DNA of 64,000 nt, from NCBI GenBank assembly GCA_041305345.1, contig JBFYLP010000002.1:5367-69366 (forward strand). Reading direction: 5' to 3'. The position numbers and the translations under genes are program-made. Of this stretch, positions 58,790 to 64,000 are shown piece after piece (position 1 is the stretch's first letter; every line of letters begins with the position of its first letter). The notes under the pieces were generated by a model that made no database searches, had not been told where the DNA came from, and was given only the letters and a program-made list of their open reading frames with translations. This stretch comes from Candidatus Micrarchaeota archaeon. Lineage in GTDB: Archaea; Micrarchaeota; Micrarchaeia; Norongarragalinales; SBBD01.

Positions 58790-59440
58790 TTACGATTCCT
58801 CCCCTTCCTCCGCCTTTGAAAGCCTCTTTTTCGTAACCTTGAGCGAATAGAACGCCTCGCTTTCCAACCGGTTGAGGTGCGCTCCGATCTCCTTGATGAC
58901 TTCCTTCAATTCGGGCTGGATGTTGAACTCGAGCGCATTCACCTTCCTGTTCGTCTTCTCGATCTCCCTTAGCAGCCTCCTAAGTGCGGTTTCGAATTCC
59001 GCCAATTTGATTATCAGGTCGAGCGCCTTCTCGAAATGCTCGACAGCAGCATCGAATTTTGCAGATGACGCCCTAATGCTATAGCCCCTATCAATGAGGC
59101 TCTTGCGGACATCAATCCCCTCTATTTCGGCGATTTTCACGCCCATTATGTTCCTTGTTTTTACATTGATCTCGGGCACCTTCTTCGATGCAAACGCGGC
59201 TGTCTCGATGAATAGGTCGCCGTGGAACGCCTTTGCAATCGCAAGCGCCTTGAACGCAAATGCCATTTCCGAATCGGCCTCCTTCCTAAGGTCGCGGGCC
59301 TTTTTCACGAGCTTGAAGAACTCGGGCACCAGCGCATCCCTCTTCTGCTTCAGTATGTAATGCCCCTTGCTTGCAAGCTGCAATTTCTGCTTCGTGTTTA
59401 GCAATTCCATCCTCGTTGGCCTAATCGACTCCTTGCCCAT
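58790..59440 (-). CDS. atpD: V-type ATP synthase subunit D
   Basis: RPTRMELLNTKQKLQLASKGHYILKQKRDAL matches the subunit D N-terminus. 216 aa. Confidence 0.8.
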   Translation of the reverse strand: MGKESIRPTRMELLNTKQKLQLASKGHYILKQKRDALVPEFFKLVKKARDLRKEADSEMAFAFKALAIAKAFHGDLFIETAAFASKKVPEINVKTRNIMGVKIAEIEGIDVRKSLIDRGYSIRASSAKFDAAVEHFEKALDLIIKLAEFETALRRLLREIEKTNRKVNALEFNIQPELKEVIKEIGAHLNRLESEAFYSLKVTKKRLSKAEEGEES

Positions 59441-59553
59441 ATGAACTCACCAATAAGCATTGAAAACAGCAACATCCGCAATTATTTTTAAGGAATCAAG
59501 ATTTTTAAAAAGGTACATTTGCCATTTGGAACATAAAAAACGGGGGATTTTGC

Positions 59554-60330
59554 TCAAAACGTAATCTCGAAGAATTTAGATGCATTCGCCATTATCGCCA
59601 TCTGCACCTGCTCTTGGGGCATCCCCTTGATCCTTGCGATCCGCTCGTAAACCGATACTACGTTTGCGGGCTCGTTCCTGCCCTCGCTCCACAGATAAGG
59701 CGAATCCGTTTCCGCAAGAAGGCTGTTTAGCGGTGCATCCTTGATGATTTTATCCAAATCCTTGCTCTTCAAAGTGGCTATCGAGATCCAATATCCTCGC
59801 TTGAGAGCGTGCTCCAGCAGTTTTGGCTTGTTGAAGAAATGGAGCATTACTTTCTGTTGCGGGAAGTCTGCAAGGATCATCAATAGATCATCCCACGCCT
59901 CCCTGCAGTGGATTACCACTGGAAGCTGCAATTTCTCCGCCAGCATCAGCTGTTCGCGGAACACCTGCCTTTGCCTCTCCCTTATTTTTTCCTCGGGAAA
60001 ATAATGGTATTCGAGCCCTATCTCCCCGATTGCAAGTATGTCGTCCGCGTTCCTCTCGATCATCTCGAATTCTAAGGGCACATTGGCAACGTTAACAAAG
60101 TGCGGCGAGAGCCCAATCACTGAGTGGATGAATCCCTTATGCATATGCATAAGGCCAAGCGCACGTTCATTCTGCTCAATATTGCCGCCTGCCTCAACTA
60201 CTGCCTTGAGCGCCTTCCTTGCCCTCTCAATTACCGTGTGCCTATCCGCATCGAACTTCCCGTGCGTCAGGTGGCAATGTGCATCAATCATGACAATAAT
60301 TGAATTATGCGGTTTTTTTAATGCCTCCAT
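59554..60330 (-). CDS. TatD-family metal-dependent hydrolase/DNase
   Basis: MIDAHCHL near the N-terminus, and GEIGLEYHY, VVIHCRE, ETDSPYL motifs. The table ORF extends to 60480; 60330 (MEALKK) or 60291 is the likelier start. Confidence 0.75.
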   Translation of the reverse strand: MEALKKPHNSIIVMIDAHCHLTHGKFDADRHTVIERARKALKAVVEAGGNIEQNERALGLMHMHKGFIHSVIGLSPHFVNVANVPLEFEMIERNADDILAIGEIGLEYHYFPEEKIRERQRQVFREQLMLAEKLQLPVVIHCREAWDDLLMILADFPQQKVMLHFFNKPKLLEHALKRGYWISIATLKSKDLDKIIKDAPLNSLLAETDSPYLWSEGRNEPANVVSVYERIARIKGMPQEQVQMAIMANASKFFEITF

Positions 60331-60383
60331 TCTCCCTAAAATTAAACTCAACCAATAAATAGCACCAAATGAATAAGATTTCC

Positions 60384-60794
60384 ATGAAATCCAAATTTCC
60401 AAGGAATGAGGCCGGATGGAGAAAGGTGCTCTCGCAAGAGCAATTCCGAATCCTTCGGATGAAGGGAACGGAAATCGCATTCACCGGCAAATACTGGAAC
60501 CATCACGAGACGGGAGTGTACTGCTGCGCAGGCTGCGGCCAGCCGTTATTCTCCTCCGATTCAAAATTCGAATCGGGCACCGGCTGGCCTTCCTTTCTTG
60601 AGCCCATAAGCAAGGATGCGATTTCACTTGTGGAGGACAGAAGCCTATCAATGGTTAGGACGGAAATCCACTGCTCAAGATGCGGCGGCCATCTGGGGCA
60701 CCTCTTCAATGACGGCCCCGCCCCAAATAGGCTGCGGTACTGCTCCAATTCTCCAGCGCTTGCATTTCAAAAGCAAGGAAAGCAGAGGCGATGA
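60384..60794 (+). CDS. msrB: peptide-methionine (R)-S-oxide reductase MsrB
   Basis: CAGCGQPLFSSDSKFESGTGWPSF...RTEIHCSRCGGHLGHLFNDGP, with both Zn CxxC pairs and the catalytic Cys. Confidence 0.85.
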   Translation: MKSKFPRNEAGWRKVLSQEQFRILRMKGTEIAFTGKYWNHHETGVYCCAGCGQPLFSSDSKFESGTGWPSFLEPISKDAISLVEDRSLSMVRTEIHCSRCGGHLGHLFNDGPAPNRLRYCSNSPALAFQKQGKQRR

Positions 60795-61141
60795 TCTTGC
60801 GAGGTGGGGAAAAAATTATTAACTGCGCCCATTGTCAACCATATGAAACGTTTATGGCATCAACTGAGCTTACCCTCGAACAGAAACGCTCCCTCAACCT
60901 ATGCGCACACGATGTGGTGGGGAAGGAAATACTTGGTTTTTTTACGGAAAGGGGCCGCCAGGAGGTCGATGCAAACAATTCGGAATGGAAGCAAATGCTC
61001 GAGATTAGGGGAAATAGGGCATCAAGGCTGATTGACGAGTTCATCCTGCAGGGCATATTCAAAAAAAACGGCAATCGGATCGCAATCACCCTGCAAGCGC
61101 TCGAATATGCCAAAGGCATCCTAAATAGGCGCACCGCATAG
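60791..61141 (+). CDS. hypothetical protein, translationally coupled to msrB
   Basis: ATGA overlap with the msrB stop. No motifs recognised. Confidence 0.35.
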   Translation: MILRGGEKIINCAHCQPYETFMASTELTLEQKRSLNLCAHDVVGKEILGFFTERGRQEVDANNSEWKQMLEIRGNRASRLIDEFILQGIFKKNGNRIAITLQALEYAKGILNRRTA

Positions 61142-61322
61142 TGTCCGCATTTTTTTCCCAAGGCTGCCAGCAATGAATTTCTTCCTTCGAATATTCGAAG
61201 GCTTACAACAATGTATTTAAATCTTATTCACCTTTAAATCATCGCTTTCGATATCAATCCAATCTAATTTGGCAAGTGCAAAACGCTTAGGGCGTAAACC
61301 ATTCCAAATGAGTGAGACGAAT

Positions 61323-63059
61323 ATGGCAAACAACGGTGCTGTGCTTTCAAAAATCTCCGGGCCCGTGGTGCAGGCCGTGGGAATGACCGGGGCCCAGATG
61401 AACGAGATCGTCAAGGTGGGTGAAGAGGAGCTCCTGGGCGAAATCATCGCCTTGAAGTACGACCGCGCATCCATTCAGGTTTATGAGGAGACAACGGGCA
61501 TCAAGCCAGGTGAGAAGGTCGTAAGGACTGGTTTTCCGCTTTCGGTTGAGCTGGGGCCGGGCCTTCTTTCAAGCATCTTTGACGGAATCCAGCGGCCGCT
61601 CCCTTCAATAAAGGAAAAAGCCGGGAATTACATTACAAGGGGCATTTCAGTTCCTGCACTCGACCGGAAGAGGAAGTGGAAATTCGAGGCGAAGGCGAAA
61701 AAGGGCGATGTGGTGGAGCCTGGCGATGTGCTTGGGACCGTCCAGGAAATAGATTTCGAGCACAGGATACTAGTGCCGCACGGAATTTCCGGCAAAATCG
61801 AGGATATTTCTAGCGGCAGCTTCACGGTCGAAGACAAGATCGCCCAAATAGGGAAAAAGGACATCACAATGACCCAGAAATGGCCCGTGCGGGTGCCTAG
61901 GTTCTACAAGGAAAAAATCCCACTCACGCTTCCCCTTATCACGGGAAAGAGGATCGTTGATACGTTCTTCCCGATCGTAAAGGGCGGGACTGCCGCTATC
62001 CCTGGCCCTTTTGGTTCGGGCAAAACTGTTAATCAGCAGGACCTTGCAAAATATGCCGATGCCGACATCATCTTGTACGTGGGCTGCGGGGAGCGCGGGA
62101 ATGAAATGACCGATGTGCTTTCCGAATTCCCGGAATTGATCGACCCTCGGACTAAAAAACCGCTTATGAACAGGACAGTGCTTGTTGCAAACACCTCCAA
62201 TATGCCAGTTGCCGCAAGGGAGGCAAGCATTTACACCGGAATCACAATTGCGGAATACTACCGGGACATGGGATATGACGTTGCTATGATGGCCGACAGC
62301 ACTTCCAGATGGGCCGAAGCCATGAGGGAAATTTCGGGCAGGATGGAGGAGATGCCAGGCGAGGAGGGCTATCCCGCCTACCTTGCAAAAAAGCTTGCGG
62401 AATATTACGAGCGTGCGGGCAGGGTAAGGACGCTTGGAAGCAAGGAAAGGTTAGGGAGCGTTTCACTTGTCGGCGCGGTTTCGCCTCCCGGAGGCGACCT
62501 TTCGGAGCCCGTTTCCCAAGCAACTCTTCGCGTCACAAAGGTATTCTGGGCGCTTGATGCAAACCTCTCAAGAAGGAGGCACTACCCCGCAATAAACTGG
62601 CTTAAGAGCTATTCACTTTACCAAGAGGACCTGAAGGGCTGGCTTGGCGAGAATGTCGCAACCGATTTCTACGAAATACGGGGTAGGGCGATGCAGCTCC
62701 TGCAGAAGGAAGCTGAACTTCAGGCAATAGTGCAGCTGATTGGCTCTGATGCGCTGCCGGATAGGGAGCGCCTGGTGCTCGAAGCAACTAAAATGATCCG
62801 GGAAGATTTCCTGCAGCAGAACTCCTATGATGAAATTGACGTCTATTCGACATTCAAAAAGCAGTATGGGATGCTAAAAGCCATCCTCCATTTCTACGAC
62901 AAGGCGCTCATCGCCCTTTCATCAGACGTGCCCTTCGAGCGGATAACGCAGGCGAAGGAGAAGCAGGCGATTTCGCTCCTCAAGCGGATGAAGGATGAGG
63001 ATGCGCAGAAATCAATAAACGAGCTGATGAAGGGCATTGACAACACGTTCAAGAAATGA
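61323..63059 (+). CDS. atpA: V-type ATP synthase catalytic subunit A
   Basis: Walker [10 protein letters not shown] and Walker B region [13 protein letters not shown]. About 580 aa, so no intein. Confidence 0.9.
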   Translation: MANNGAVLSKISGPVVQAVGMTGAQMNEIVKVGEEELLGEIIALKYDRASIQVYEETTGIKPGEKVVRTGFPLSVELGPGLLSSIFDGIQRPLPSIKEKAGNYITRGISVPALDRKRKWKFEAKAKKGDVVEPGDVLGTVQEIDFEHRILVPHGISGKIEDISSGSFTVEDKIAQIGKKDITMTQKWPVRVPRFYKEKIPLTLPLITGKRIVDTFFPIVKGGTAAIPGPFGSGKTVNQQDLAKYADADIILYVGCGERGNEMTDVLSEFPELIDPRTKKPLMNRTVLVANTSNMPVAAREASIYTGITIAEYYRDMGYDVAMMADSTSRWAEAMREISGRMEEMPGEEGYPAYLAKKLAEYYERAGRVRTLGSKERLGSVSLVGAVSPPGGDLSEPVSQATLRVTKVFWALDANLSRRRHYPAINWLKSYSLYQEDLKGWLGENVATDFYEIRGRAMQLLQKEAELQAIVQLIGSDALPDRERLVLEATKMIREDFLQQNSYDEIDVYSTFKKQYGMLKAILHFYDKALIALSSDVPFERITQAKEKQAISLLKRMKDEDAQKSINELMKGIDNTFKK

Positions 63060-63075
63060 CACGGAGGTCGTTACC

Positions 63076-64000
63076 ATGATTCGCGAATACCAGACAGTGA
63101 AGGAAGTTTTTGGCCCCATCGTATTCGTGGAGGGAGTCGAGGCCGCTGCATACAAGGAGATGGTCGAGATCATCCTCCCAAATGGGGAAAGGAAGAAGGG
63201 GCAGGTGCTTGAAACCTCGAAGGGAGTAGCCGCCGTGCAGATTTTTGGTACCACCCAGGGGCTTGACACAAAGGCAACAACCATCCGCTTCACCGGCGAC
63301 ATCCTGCGCTTCCCCGTATCGGATGAGATGTTTGGGAGGGTTTTCAACGGCTCGGGCGAACCAATCGACAAGGGCGCACCAATCATCTCGAGGGAGAAGG
63401 TCGACATAACGGGTAATGCGATCAACCCATACGCAAGGGACAAGCCCAATGCGTTCATCCAAACCGGAATTTCAACAATTGATGTCACAAACACGCTTGT
63501 TCGGGGGCAGAAGCTTCCCATTTTTTCCGCAGCAGGATTGCCCCACAACGACCTGGCCGTACAGATCGCAAGGCAGGCGACCGTTCTTGGCGAAAAGGAG
63601 GATTTCACGGTGATCTTCGCCGCAATGGGCATCACTTATTCGGAGGCCAACTTCTTCATGCAGGATTTCGAGAAAACGGGCGCGCTTGAGAAGGCGATCC
63701 TTTTCCTGAACCTTGCAAACGACCCTTCTGTTGAGAGGCTAATCACCCCGCGTCTCGCGCTTACAACCGCCGAGTACCTTGCATTCGAGAAGGATTACCA
63801 GGTGCTTGTCATCCTGACCGATATGACGATGTATTGCGATACTTTAAGGGAAATTTCAGCTGCCAGGCAGGAAGTCCCCGGCAGAAGGGGATACCCCGGC
63901 TATATGTACACCGACCTTTCATCCATTTACGAAAGGGCAGGCAGGATCAAGGGAAAGAAGGGCTCAATTACGCAGTTCCCAATCCTTTCAATGCCTGATG
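63076..64000 (+). CDS. atpB: V-type ATP synthase subunit B (partial, runs off the window end)
   Basis: [20 protein letters not shown]...FNGSGEPID...[19 protein letters not shown] 6 nt upstream. Confidence 0.9.
   Translation, partial: MIREYQTVKEVFGPIVFVEGVEAAAYKEMVEIILPNGERKKGQVLETSKGVAAVQIFGTTQGLDTKATTIRFTGDILRFPVSDEMFGRVFNGSGEPIDKGAPIISREKVDITGNAINPYARDKPNAFIQTGISTIDVTNTLVRGQKLPIFSAAGLPHNDLAVQIARQATVLGEKEDFTVIFAAMGITYSEANFFMQDFEKTGALEKAILFLNLANDPSVERLITPRLALTTAEYLAFEKDYQVLVILTDMTMYCDTLREISAARQEVPGRRGYPGYMYTDLSSIYERAGRIKGKKGSITQFPILSMPD

Overview
This 64 kb window reads as a single archaeal chromosomal segment with no sign of assembly joins. The markers are all archaeal: pyruvoyl SpeH, archaeal-type NMN adenylyltransferase, aRF1 with the NIKS motif, primase PriS, exosome Csl4, archaeal PheS/PheT, SecY, Cbf5, aIF2-gamma and V-type ATPase D/A/B. 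Proteins are Lys-rich and coding density is about 90%, with many 4-nt ATGA stop/start overlaps. The scattered ribosomal and ATPase clusters and the very large surface proteins suggest a small-genome, possibly DPANN-like archaeon, but that is inference only. I found no rRNA, tRNA, CRISPR array, transposase or integrase. Housekeeping genes are interleaved with several unusual loci. The most notable are: (1) a 2177-aa C-terminally anchored surface protein with about 12 tandem Ig-like repeats and a triplicated Cys-rich module; (2) two translationally coupled paralogs, each with an unknown N-terminal domain of about 390 aa and a C-terminal PEP-utilizing phosphohistidine swivel domain, downstream of a Bat-type HTH regulator; (3) an EF-Tu/aIF2-gamma-like protein with intact domain II but a degenerate G domain; (4) a radical-SAM-like protein with CX4CX2C and GEPL motifs; (5) an orphan Csa3-like (CARF plus wHTH) regulator convergent with a RelA/SpoT-type HD hydrolase; (6) atpD inverted and separated from atpAB; (7) a rearranged L15-SecY-DUF106-L34e-Cmk-L14e-Cbf5-aIF2g cluster lacking adk. 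All functional calls rest on motif recognition by eye and need HMM or structure searches to confirm.
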